Position numbers and translations under genes: made by a program. This document shows positions 25,301 to 32,175 of a DNA stretch of 36,711 nt, one piece after another. The notes beneath the pieces are model-generated. The model had not been told where the DNA came from, made no database searches, and saw nothing but the letters and a program-made list of their open reading frames with translations. This DNA comes from an archaeon (GTDB lineage: Archaea > Iainarchaeota > Iainarchaeia > JAFGOX01 > DATDTB01): assembly GCA_035291025.1 (NCBI GenBank), contig DATDTB010000059.1, positions 1 through 36,711 of the forward strand, written 5' to 3'. Positions within the stretch are counted from its first letter, which is position 1. Each line of letters opens with the position of its first letter.

Positions 25301-26920
25301 CTACTTTTTCCGGCTTTGCCTGGTTTTTGGCTCAAAAGGCGTGGTCACTTCCCTTAACTCCGAGTCCGCGTCTTTTTCCGCCGCCTTATGGCCTGCGAGT
25401 AGTTCTTTTTTCCTCTGCTTTTCCTCTTCGCTCCTACCCTTTTCAGGGCGTAGGTGTGGAAAGAGTATCACGTCTCGGATTGACGCCTTGTCAGCCAAAA
25501 GCATTACCAGCCTGTCAACTCCAATTCCGAGCCCGCCAGTTGGAGGCATTCCGTACTCCAAGGCCTTTAGGAAGTCTTCGTCGAATGCCTGAGCTTCCAC
25601 GTCCCCCTTTTCTCTCAGCCTTTGCTGGTCCTCAAAGCGCTGCCTTTGCTCGACTGGGTCCGTGAGCTCGGAGTAAATGTTCGCGAACTCCTTACCGTCA
25701 ATGAACAACTCGGCTCTTTCCGTGAATTTTTCGTTGCCGCGTTTTTTCTTGACCAAGTACGACGTCTCAATTGGGTAGTCCACCACGAACGTTGGCTGGA
25801 CTATTTTCGGCTGCGCGAGTTCGTCAAACACCCTCAACACAAGCGCTCCCCAGCGGTGGTCCAGTTTTGCGTCCACCTTGTTTTCTTTTAGCACTTGGAG
25901 CAGTTGTTCCTGGCTGAGTTTTTCAACGTCCACCCCGCCTAGTTCCCTGCAGGCTTGAGTCATTGAAAGCCTCTTGAATGGCGCCTTTAATGAAATCTTC
26001 TTGCCCTGATACGCCAGCTCGGCCGAGCCTAGGACTTCAATTGCTGCCTTTTCAATTACTTCTTCCGTGAGCTTCATTATCTTTTCGTAGTCAACGTGCG
26101 CCCAGTACAACTCGAGCATTGTGAACTCCGGGTTGTGAGTAAGGTCAATGCCTTCGTTCCTGAAGTTCCTGTTTATCTCGAAGACCTTTTCGAAGCCACC
26201 CACTATTAAGCGCTTTAGGTAAAGTTCGGGTGCTATCCTCAGGTAAAGGTTCATTCCAAGCTCGTTGTGGTACGTGGCGAATGGCCTCGCTGCGGCGCCT
26301 CCTGGAATGGGTTGCATCATTGGGGTTTCAACTTCAATGAACCCCTGCGAGCTCAAGTTCTTGCGCATGCTTTCCAGGACCGCGCTCCGCTTCACGAAAG
26401 TCTCCTTCACGGTTGGGTCGGAAATCAAGTCCACGTACCGCATCCTGTACTTGAGTTCGGGGTCTTCTAGTCCATGCCATTTTTCCGGCAGGGGACGGAT
26501 TGCTTTTGCAAGCGTTTCCAGGGAACTGACTCTCAATGTTATCTCTCCGCGCTTCGTCCTGAAGGGCTTGCCATGCACCCCGACAACGTCTCCAACGCTG
26601 AGTTTTTTGAATGAAGCGAGTTCGCGTTCTTTTAAAGTTGTCTCGTCAACGAATAACTGTATTCTTGCAGTGAAGTCCTGCAAGTGGGCGAATGAAATCT
26701 TTCCCATCCCGCGAAGGGAAATGATTCTGCCGGCTATTATGAATTCCCGTTCCAGGCCCTCTTCTTCCTTTAAACCTTCAGTGGCCCTTAGCACGTCCAA
26801 CGCCGAAGCGTTCTTGTGGAACTCGTAAGTGAAAGGCTCTATTCCTTGTTCTCGCAGTTCCTTGATTTTTTGCAGGCGCGCGTTCATTATCTGAGCCTCG
26901 CGTCCTTTTTCTTCAGCCAT
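25301..26920 (-). CDS. lysS: Lysine--tRNA ligase, class II
   Basis: OB anticodon-binding region (GRIISLRGMGKISFAHLQD) and class II motifs (FEINRNFRNEGIDLTHNPEFTMLELYWAHVDY; GMPPTGGLGIGVDRLVMLL). ATG at 26920. About 45 charged residues follow the usual C-terminus (after ...ILFPHLRPEK). Confidence 0.9.
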   Translation of the reverse strand: MAEEKGREAQIMNARLQKIKELREQGIEPFTYEFHKNASALDVLRATEGLKEEEGLEREFIIAGRIISLRGMGKISFAHLQDFTARIQLFVDETTLKERELASFKKLSVGDVVGVHGKPFRTKRGEITLRVSSLETLAKAIRPLPEKWHGLEDPELKYRMRYVDLISDPTVKETFVKRSAVLESMRKNLSSQGFIEVETPMMQPIPGGAAARPFATYHNELGMNLYLRIAPELYLKRLIVGGFEKVFEINRNFRNEGIDLTHNPEFTMLELYWAHVDYEKIMKLTEEVIEKAAIEVLGSAELAYQGKKISLKAPFKRLSMTQACRELGGVDVEKLSQEQLLQVLKENKVDAKLDHRWGALVLRVFDELAQPKIVQPTFVVDYPIETSYLVKKKRGNEKFTERAELFIDGKEFANIYSELTDPVEQRQRFEDQQRLREKGDVEAQAFDEDFLKALEYGMPPTGGLGIGVDRLVMLLADKASIRDVILFPHLRPEKGRSEEEKQRKKELLAGHKAAEKDADSELREVTTPFEPKTRQSRKK

Positions 26921-26946
26921 GCCAGAACACTTCAAGTAAATGTAAT

Positions 26947-27561
26947 TTAAACCAGTTGCCCGGACGCGAGTTTTTTCACGAACGGCCACGAGGCCGTGGT
27001 CCATTCCTCGAAGTCGTTTCTTGGGTCGCTCATCAATGACTCCAGTTCTTCAATTGAATAAAACCCGCACTCGGCCATTTCCTCGCTGCCTTTCCCCACT
27101 GGCCCACCGGCTTCGGCAACGGAGACGACGCCGAAGTGCACCGCGTGGACGCCGTGCTCGAAGTTCACGAAGCCGACGACGCGCGGGACAGGGTACTCAG
27201 CCATAGTCACTTCTTCCCTTAGCTCTCGGTTCATTGCAGCCTTCAAGGCGTCGCCTTCGTCAGTTTTGTCGACGTGGCCGCCCAGGCCGCACGACCACTT
27301 GTCCTTGAGTCTTTCCTCGTCGTAGCCCTTCTTTGCCCTCTTGTAAGCGAAAACTTTTCCATCGTGCGGGTTGATTATCCAAACGTATGGAATTGGCTGC
27401 TTGAATGCAGGATTGTTTTCCAACTCGTCGTTTCTTTCCCTGTACTCCGCGTTTTCCCTAATCGCCCCCAAGTAGTCCATTTCCCCCAAGGGCGCGAACC
27501 CCGTGAAGTGCCCCGAGTTGAAGAGCGCATCTCTTTTCACGACAAGTATTTCTTTTGCCAT
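26947..27561 (-). CDS. Nudix hydrolase
   Basis: Nudix box GGHVDKTDEGDALKAAMNRELREEV. SD-like GGGAGGCG lies upstream of the ATG at 27561. Confidence 0.75.
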   Translation of the reverse strand: MAKEILVVKRDALFNSGHFTGFAPLGEMDYLGAIRENAEYRERNDELENNPAFKQPIPYVWIINPHDGKVFAYKRAKKGYDEERLKDKWSCGLGGHVDKTDEGDALKAAMNRELREEVTMAEYPVPRVVGFVNFEHGVHAVHFGVVSVAEAGGPVGKGSEEMAECGFYSIEELESLMSDPRNDFEEWTTASWPFVKKLASGQLV

Positions 27562-27594
27562 TACAGTTGCGCCTCCCTTTGCCTTGCTGGACTG

Positions 27595-27600
27595 AAAAAA
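27595..27600 (-). terminator. T6 run 4 nt downstream of tRNA-Lys
   Basis: A6 on the plus strand equals T6 on the coding (minus) strand, immediately after the tRNA 3' end. Archaeal terminators are oligo-T tracts. Confidence 0.35.
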
Positions 27601-27604
27601 CAGG

Positions 27605-27678
27605 CGAGCCCGACGGGATTTGAACCCGCGACACCCGGATTAAAAGTCCGGTGCTCTACCAGCCTGAGCTACGGGCCC
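27605..27678 (-). tRNA. tRNA-Lys (anticodon UUU), no intron, CCA not encoded
   Basis: Manual cloverleaf: acceptor GGGCCCG/CGGGCTC, D arm GCTC-AGGCTGGTA-GAGC, anticodon arm CCGGA-CTTTTAA-TCCGG, T arm GCGGG-TTCAAAT-CCCGT, discriminator G. Confidence 0.9.
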
Positions 27679-28148
27679 CTTTCATACAAGCCTTGCGGAA
27701 TGACCGTTTGGTGTTCGAGCTTGCGGATGAATGTCTTGGCGAACTTGTACGCCAGCAGTTTCACTGCGTCCTCTGGCATGGCCCACTTGTACTCCAAGTG
27801 CTCGTTGCTCAGCCTCAAGCCCTTCGAGTTGCGGATGAAGCACTCGTACACGAGGAGCACGAGCCCCACCTTTTCGCTTCCAACGCGCAAAGTGATGTTT
27901 GAAATACCGCCATCAAACAATCGCCCAATCTTCAAGTCCTTTCCCTTAATGCCCAATTCCTCGCCTAACTCGCGTTCCAGCGTCTGCTTCACGCCGCCGC
28001 CTTCGTTTATCCTGCCGCCCGGCAAGTCCCAGTGCGCCTTGTCCTTCTTGTTGTAAAAAGTCGCGGGGTTGGCCTTCAGCACCAAAATGTCGCCGGCCTC
28101 GTTCCTGACGAGCGCCTTCACTCCAACATGGAATTTTTGTTCGGTCAT
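27669..28148 (-). CDS. Nudix hydrolase
   Basis: Nudix box GGRINEGGGVKQTLERELGEELG. ATG at 28148 (MTEQKFHVGVKALV). The longer ORF-track start runs through tRNA-Gly and is rejected. The last 10 nt, including the stop, overlap the 5' end of tRNA-Lys. Confidence 0.75.
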   Translation of the reverse strand: MTEQKFHVGVKALVRNEAGDILVLKANPATFYNKKDKAHWDLPGGRINEGGGVKQTLERELGEELGIKGKDLKIGRLFDGGISNITLRVGSEKVGLVLLVYECFIRNSKGLRLSNEHLEYKWAMPEDAVKLLAYKFAKTFIRKLEHQTVIPQGLYERGP

Positions 28149-28194
28149 TTTTTTCCAGCCCTTTTCCTTCCGTTTTTTCAAGTTCTTAATGGGT

Positions 28195-28199
28195 AAAAA
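28195..28199 (-). terminator. T5 run downstream of tRNA-Gly
   Basis: A5 on the plus strand, 4-8 nt past the tRNA 3' end on the minus strand. Confidence 0.3.
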
Positions 28200-28202
28200 C
28201 TG

Positions 28203-28276
28203 GTGCGCCGGCCGGGATTTGAACCCGGGTCGCTGCCTTGGCAAGGCAACGTCCTAACCAGGCTAGACTACCGGCG
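28203..28276 (-). tRNA. tRNA-Gly (anticodon GCC), no intron
   Basis: Acceptor GCGCCGG/CCGGCGC, anticodon arm TTGCC-TTGCCAA-GGCAG, T arm CCGGG-TTCAAAT-CCCGG, discriminator A. Confidence 0.9.
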
Positions 28277-28414
28277 CCTTCGAAGCAAAAAACGCGTTAA
28301 TGTACTGGGCTCTTGCCAAAAGCCAGAGAATTAGTTTTTTGCCGACTTAAAGAGGAGTGGTTATTTTTATAAAGCTGTTTTCAGCGCCTGGAAGCGCTGG
28401 AGTTGGAAGGGGCT

Positions 28415-29221
28415 TTACTTCTTGCCCTTTCCCTTGCCCCTAGTCATTGAAGTTATGGCGTCAAGTATTTCGACTGGAGTCACGAAAACGATTGTGTTGG
28501 ACTCGTCGCTTGACACGTCGTTCAGAGTCTGGAGCGTGCGTAAGTGCAGTCCACCAGGCGTGTCCGACAATATCCTCGCGGCTTCCGCGTAGTTCTTTGA
28601 CGCCATTTTCTCTCCTTCTGCCTTTATTATGAGCGACTTTCGCTCGCGTTCAGTTTCAGCCACCTTTGCCATTGTGCGCTTCAAGTCCTGAGGGAGTTCA
28701 ATGTCCTGCATTTTCACTGAAACCACGTCAATTCCCCACTCGCCGCTGGCCTTGTCCACTATTGTCTGAATTTCCTGCGCCAGCCTGTCCCTTTCAGCGA
28801 GCACTTTGTCCAAGTCATTTTCTCCAATCACGTCCCGCAAAGCTGTTTGGGCGTATTGCGAAATCGCGTAACGGTAGTCAGCAACTTGCAGCACCGCCTT
28901 TTCAGGGTTGACGACCTTGAAGAAAATGACTGCGTTAATGCTCACCGGCACGTTGTCCTTAGTCAGAGCTTCCTGTTTTGACACGTCAACTGTTTCAACG
29001 CGCAAGTCGATTTTTTGAATCCTTTCAATGAGTGGAATGACGAAGTTTAGTCCGGGCTCCAGTATTCCAACGAACTTTCCAAGCCTGAACTTTATTGCTT
29101 TTTCGTATTGGTCTATTACCTTTATGGTCATGAGGGCCAAAATCAACGCTATTGGGATTCCGGCAATGCTCACCACAAGCAAGGCAAGCAATAACCCGTA
29201 AGCAATCCACGAAACACTCAT
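28415..29221 (-). CDS. SPFH/band-7 (stomatin/prohibitin-like) membrane protein
   Basis: N-terminal TM, then VIDQYEKAIKFRLGKFVGILEPGLNFVIP...VSINAVIFFKV...ALRDVIG, typical of stomatin-type SPFH domains. Confidence 0.85.
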   Translation of the reverse strand: MSVSWIAYGLLLALLVVSIAGIPIALILALMTIKVIDQYEKAIKFRLGKFVGILEPGLNFVIPLIERIQKIDLRVETVDVSKQEALTKDNVPVSINAVIFFKVVNPEKAVLQVADYRYAISQYAQTALRDVIGENDLDKVLAERDRLAQEIQTIVDKASGEWGIDVVSVKMQDIELPQDLKRTMAKVAETERERKSLIIKAEGEKMASKNYAEAARILSDTPGGLHLRTLQTLNDVSSDESNTIVFVTPVEILDAITSMTRGKGKGKK

Positions 29222-29308
29222 TTACCATACCCCCGTCTCATGCGAAATTCGGCTCTTGGAGCCAAAACGACGGGAAGGCTTTAAATTACTTGTTTTTGCC
29301 CGAGAAAG

Positions 29309-29324
29309 CGCGGACGGAGAGATT
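29309..29324. repeat. Distal copy of the tRNA-Ser 3'-end sequence (att-like)
   Basis: See the mobile_element entry. An 11-nt exact core CGCGGACGGAG is followed by one mismatch and GATT. Confidence 0.5.
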
Positions 29325-29445
29325 CACTGAAATGGTTAGACTCCACCAGTGCTCAAGGTTGAGCTTTGCTCTTAAAAAGCGTTTGAGGGGGTGATTTTAG
29401 GAGCAAGAAAAATACTTTAAGAGCAAGTGATCAAGGTTGGAAAGG

Positions 29446-29453
29446 TTTATATT
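29446..29453 (+). promoter_or_regulatory. TATA-like box TTTATATT about 25 nt upstream of the hicB ATG
   Basis: Position fits a leaderless hicBA transcript. It is preceded by the palindrome GCTCAAGGTTGAGC (29351-29364) and the inverted repeat GCTCTTAAA/TTTAAGAGC (29368-29376 / 29416-29424). Confidence 0.4.
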
Positions 29454-29477
29454 CAAATTTTGCCCTTGTATTGTGTT

Positions 29478-29678
29478 ATGAAACTGACTGTTGTTTTGGA
29501 AAAGGGTGAGGACGGCTGGTTCGTCGTTCACGTGCCTTCCTTGCGTGGTTGTATTTCGCAAGGCAAGACCAAGGCCGAGGCTTTAAAGAATATTAAGGAA
29601 GCAATAGAGCTTTACTTGGAGCCGGACACTGAAGAATTGCTTGAATTTGAAGGCGAGAAAGTAAGCGTGGCCATATGA
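29478..29678 (+). CDS. hicB: HicB-like antitoxin (UPF0150 N-terminal domain only)
   Basis: MKLTVVLEKGEDGWFVVHVPSLRGCISQGKTKAEALKNIKEAIELYLE is the canonical HicB/UPF0150 pattern. No appended DNA-binding domain. Confidence 0.8.
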   Translation: MKLTVVLEKGEDGWFVVHVPSLRGCISQGKTKAEALKNIKEAIELYLEPDTEELLEFEGEKVSVAI

Positions 29679-29830
29679 AACTGCCAGTCTTGTCTGGCGT
29701 TGAAGTCATTAAGCGATTACGAAAGGCAGGCTTTGTGGCAGTTCGCCAGAAAGGCTCTCACGTTAGATTGGAGAGGAGAACTCAAAACGACTTCGTGAAA
29801 GTAACCGTGCCGTTGCATTACGAACTTTAG
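29675..29830 (+). CDS. hicA: HicA-like mRNA interferase toxin, apparently C-terminally truncated (51 aa)
   Basis: Not in the ORF track because it is under 60 aa. ATGA overlap with the hicB stop. MKLPVLSGVEVIKRLRKAGFVAVRQKGSHVRLERRTQNDFVKVTVPLHYEL* carries the GSH catalytic motif, but ends right after the conserved VP.H.EL, where family members continue for about 15-20 residues. Confidence 0.7.
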   Translation: MKLPVLSGVEVIKRLRKAGFVAVRQKGSHVRLERRTQNDFVKVTVPLHYEL

Positions 29831-29854
29831 TACAACGCTTGGCTTTATTGTATA

Positions 29855-30015
29855 CGCGGACGGAGGGATTTGAACCCCCAATCCCTTGCGGGAACTCGTT
29901 CTCTCCAAACTTTTTCGGAAAAAGTTTGATCAAAAACACTGGTTTTTGGATTGAACCTTTTTTTGGAAAAAGGTTCGTTCGAGACGAGCGCACTGCCGGG
30001 TTATGCGACGTCCGC
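29855..30015 (-). tRNA. tRNA-Ser (anticodon CGA) with a 77-nt intron at the canonical 37/38 position
   Basis: Acceptor GCGGACG/CGTCCGC, D arm GCAT-AACCCGGCA-GTGC, anticodon stem CTCGT/ACGAG, loop CT-CGA-A|intron|A, long variable arm TTCCCGCAAGGGATT (class II tRNA), T arm GGGGG-TTCAAAT-CCCTC, discriminator G. Exons total 84 nt. Confidence 0.85.
29901..29977 (-). other. tRNA-Ser intron (77 nt) composed of three tandem hairpins
   Basis: On the plus strand: CAAACTTTTT-CGG-AAAAAGTTTG (29906-29928, 10-bp stem), AAAAAC-ACTG-GTTTTT (29932-29947, 6-bp stem) and GAACCTTTTT-TTGG-AAAAAGGTTC (29953-29976, 10-bp stem). Confidence 0.8.
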
Positions 30016-30073
30016 TTTTCTTTGCGCCTTTAATTAGTTGTATGGAAAGTGTTTTTTAATGGCTTTGCGCGCC

Positions 30074-30601
30074 TCACGCGTGGGTTTTTACTATGTCTTG
30101 GAAGTGCCTCGGCTTTTCGACTGCTTTAACGAAGTAGTACCAAACCAGCGCAGTCCCTAGAGCCATGACGAACCACGAAGTCACGTGCAGTAACTCTGCT
30201 GCCTCTATTCCATTGAGGGCGCCAACGTACAAAACCGCGAAGACGCGCGCCGCGTTTATTGAAGCCATTGTCGTTATGCCGTAAAACGCTATGAGCGCCT
30301 TGTTCTTGGGTTTCACTCCCACTGCCCCGAACACTAGCCCGATAATCATTGAACTCGACACTATCCCGATGCAGCTCTCGCTCAACAAGAACGTTCCCGT
30401 GTCCATGAGTATGTAGTTACTCTGAGTTTTGACTGCTATGCCTGCGAGTAGGAGCAGGTTGTACTGGAGCAAGGTGAACCACTCCTCCAGGAAAAGCGGG
30501 GAAAGGAATAGGAGGAAAAGGTACGAGGCCAGGAACGCGGCGGAAAACCTAGCCAGGAATTCCAGGGGTGAAATTTTCACTCCGGCGCGGCGTTTTTTCA
30601 T
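30074..30601 (-). CDS. Small archaeosortase/exosortase-family transpeptidase (putative)
   Basis: 175 aa polytopic membrane protein. It has the family's ordered Cys / Arg / His signature in TM context: LLSESCIGIVSS, then SINAARVFAVLYVG, then ELLHVTSWFVMALG. Confidence 0.6.
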   Translation of the reverse strand: MKKRRAGVKISPLEFLARFSAAFLASYLFLLFLSPLFLEEWFTLLQYNLLLLAGIAVKTQSNYILMDTGTFLLSESCIGIVSSSMIIGLVFGAVGVKPKNKALIAFYGITTMASINAARVFAVLYVGALNGIEAAELLHVTSWFVMALGTALVWYYFVKAVEKPRHFQDIVKTHA

Positions 30602-30607
30602 TCAAAG

Positions 30608-31108
30608 TCACCACGGCACGCTTTTCAGGCGGGAAAGGTAGGCCACCAGGTTAGTTGTCTTGTGCAACGCGAAGGTCACAACGAACAAAATGGCCGTTTC
30701 TAGCGCTGGCAGCAAGTAGTACGGACTCGCGAACACTACTGAGCCGACAATGAAGTCCAGCTGGTCCCACAAGAGCCATTCCCTGCCTTGTTCTATTCCA
30801 ACCCTTCGCTTGATGAAGCTCTTCACGGCATCCCCGGTTATTGCGCCGACTGCAATGAGGAGGCTGACTTTTTCGTATTCCGGAATGGGGTGCTGCGTGA
30901 CTATAACAGAAGCAGTCAGGCCGGCGAGCCACCCGAGCAGTATTCCAGTGAACGTTCCCCTAACTGTTTTTCCGCTTCCAAGCATCCTCTTGTGGTCAAC
31001 CCAGTTTTTTCCGAAGTCCAAAGGGAATTTCCCACCTACTATTACGGCGCTGGAGTTCGCCACGTAGGCGGGCGCGGCGAACAACAGAACTGCAAGAACG
31101 TCAACCAT
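30608..31108 (-). CDS. carS: CDP-archaeol synthase (CarS, DUF46 family)
   Basis: AAPAYVANSSAVIVGGKFPLDFG...MLGSGKTVRGTF...GDAVKSFIKRRVGIEQG...WDQLDFIVG matches the CarS pattern. Confidence 0.75.
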   Translation of the reverse strand: MVDVLAVLLFAAPAYVANSSAVIVGGKFPLDFGKNWVDHKRMLGSGKTVRGTFTGILLGWLAGLTASVIVTQHPIPEYEKVSLLIAVGAITGDAVKSFIKRRVGIEQGREWLLWDQLDFIVGSVVFASPYYLLPALETAILFVVTFALHKTTNLVAYLSRLKSVPW

Positions 31109-31176
31109 TGCCTTTAAAGGATTCCAAGCGAGGTTTTTTCAAGATATTGATGCCTTTTTTGCCTAAGGAAATTTGA

Positions 31177-32169
31177 ATGCCTCGCAAGAGTTTTACTGGA
31201 GTGAATGGGCTCCGCCCAGTTGAGCCAACCCACCCTAAGGCGTCGCTGGTTTTTTACTTGCTGTTGGGAGTGTCATTCCTGTTATTGGTTGCATTCTTGT
31301 CCGCCGGCCTTTTTTCTAATGGCCCAAGGCTTCTCTCGGCAAACAGCGTTGCCGTGGTTGAGTTGGTTGGTTTCATTTCCAATTCCGGCGAGTCTCCTTT
31401 CTTGAGCGAGTCAAGCGTTAGCGCGGACGGCGTCGTAGAAGACCTGGAAAGCGCTTGCAAAAACTCTGGAATTGGTGCTGTCTTGTTAAAGGTTGACTCT
31501 CCCGGCGGCGAAATAACCGCGTCGGAACGCATTAAGTTCGCGGTTGACGCGTGTGAAAAGCCGGTTGTTTCCTACATTGAGTCGGTTGGCGCCTCGGGGG
31601 CTTACCTGGCGTCGCTTCCGGCTGACAAGATACTCGCTTACCCTTCCTCTATCACGGCTGACATCGGCGTTGTCTCTGAGTACTTGGAGTTCGCGCGCTT
31701 GATGGGCGAACACGGGGTGGTTCAGAGAAAGCTTTCACGCGGCGAGTTCAAGGGCGTGCCCGACCCCTTCAGCGAAATCCCGGAGGAAAAACTCAGGGAA
31801 GTGTTTGACCCAATACTCGACCAGTTGTACGCGTCTTTCAGGGACGACGTTGTGGTTTACCGTGGCGAAAGGCTCGCTGGCTCTTCCATGGAATTCATTG
31901 AATCAGAGATAGCGAACGGCCGGCCGGTTACGGGGAAGAAGGCCTTGGAGCTGGGCTTAATTGACGGCTTGGTTACTTCAAAAAAGGAGGCGTTGGATGA
32001 GGCTGCAGCCCTTGCCGGCTTGGGCGAGGACTATCAAGTGGTTGAGTTCAAGAAAAAGAAGGGATTGCTGGAGTTGTTTTCCGAGTCTTTTTTCGCCCCA
32101 ATCCTTTCCAGGCTGGACTTTAAGAGCCAGCTAATGCAGGCAGGCAATCCGGCGGCGTTTTTCAAGTAG
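31177..32169 (+). CDS. sppA: Signal peptide peptidase SppA (S49, 36K type)
   Basis: N-terminal TM, then VLLKVDSPGGEITASERI, the nucleophile context ESVGASGAYLAS, and ITADIGVV...RGEFKG. Confidence 0.8.
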   Translation: MPRKSFTGVNGLRPVEPTHPKASLVFYLLLGVSFLLLVAFLSAGLFSNGPRLLSANSVAVVELVGFISNSGESPFLSESSVSADGVVEDLESACKNSGIGAVLLKVDSPGGEITASERIKFAVDACEKPVVSYIESVGASGAYLASLPADKILAYPSSITADIGVVSEYLEFARLMGEHGVVQRKLSRGEFKGVPDPFSEIPEEKLREVFDPILDQLYASFRDDVVVYRGERLAGSSMEFIESEIANGRPVTGKKALELGLIDGLVTSKKEALDEAAALAGLGEDYQVVEFKKKKGLLELFSESFFAPILSRLDFKSQLMQAGNPAAFFK

Positions 32170-32175
32170 CCCTTT

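Larger units (their letters stand above)
29309..29870. mobile_element. Putative remnant of a tRNA-Ser-targeted integrated element (hicBA mini-island) bounded by 16-nt direct repeats
   Basis: CGCGGACGGAGAGATT (29309-29324) versus CGCGGACGGAGGGATT (29855-29870), 15/16 identical and in the same orientation. The second copy is the discriminator plus 3' acceptor strand plus T-stem of tRNA-Ser. The interior carries only hicB-hicA. No integrase is present. Confidence 0.45.

Noticed and set aside
29717-30033. ORFs 29717-29908, 29763-29993 and 29839-30033 overlapping the tRNA-Ser locus
   Set aside because: The region folds into a complete class II tRNA with an intron, so the ORFs are artefacts. The plus-frame reading ...LRTLVQRLALL after hicA faintly resembles the missing HicA C-terminus (GTL..IL.QAGL). 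The match is too weak to call a frameshifted continuation.
28415-32169. SppA as the dedicated NfeD/STOPP-type protease partner of the stomatin gene
   Set aside because: The genes are 2 kb apart on opposite strands and separated by the hicBA island, a tRNA, the archaeosortase-like gene and carS. The protease has SppA 36K architecture with no NfeD OB-fold C-terminal domain. The stomatin simply lacks an adjacent nfeD in this window.
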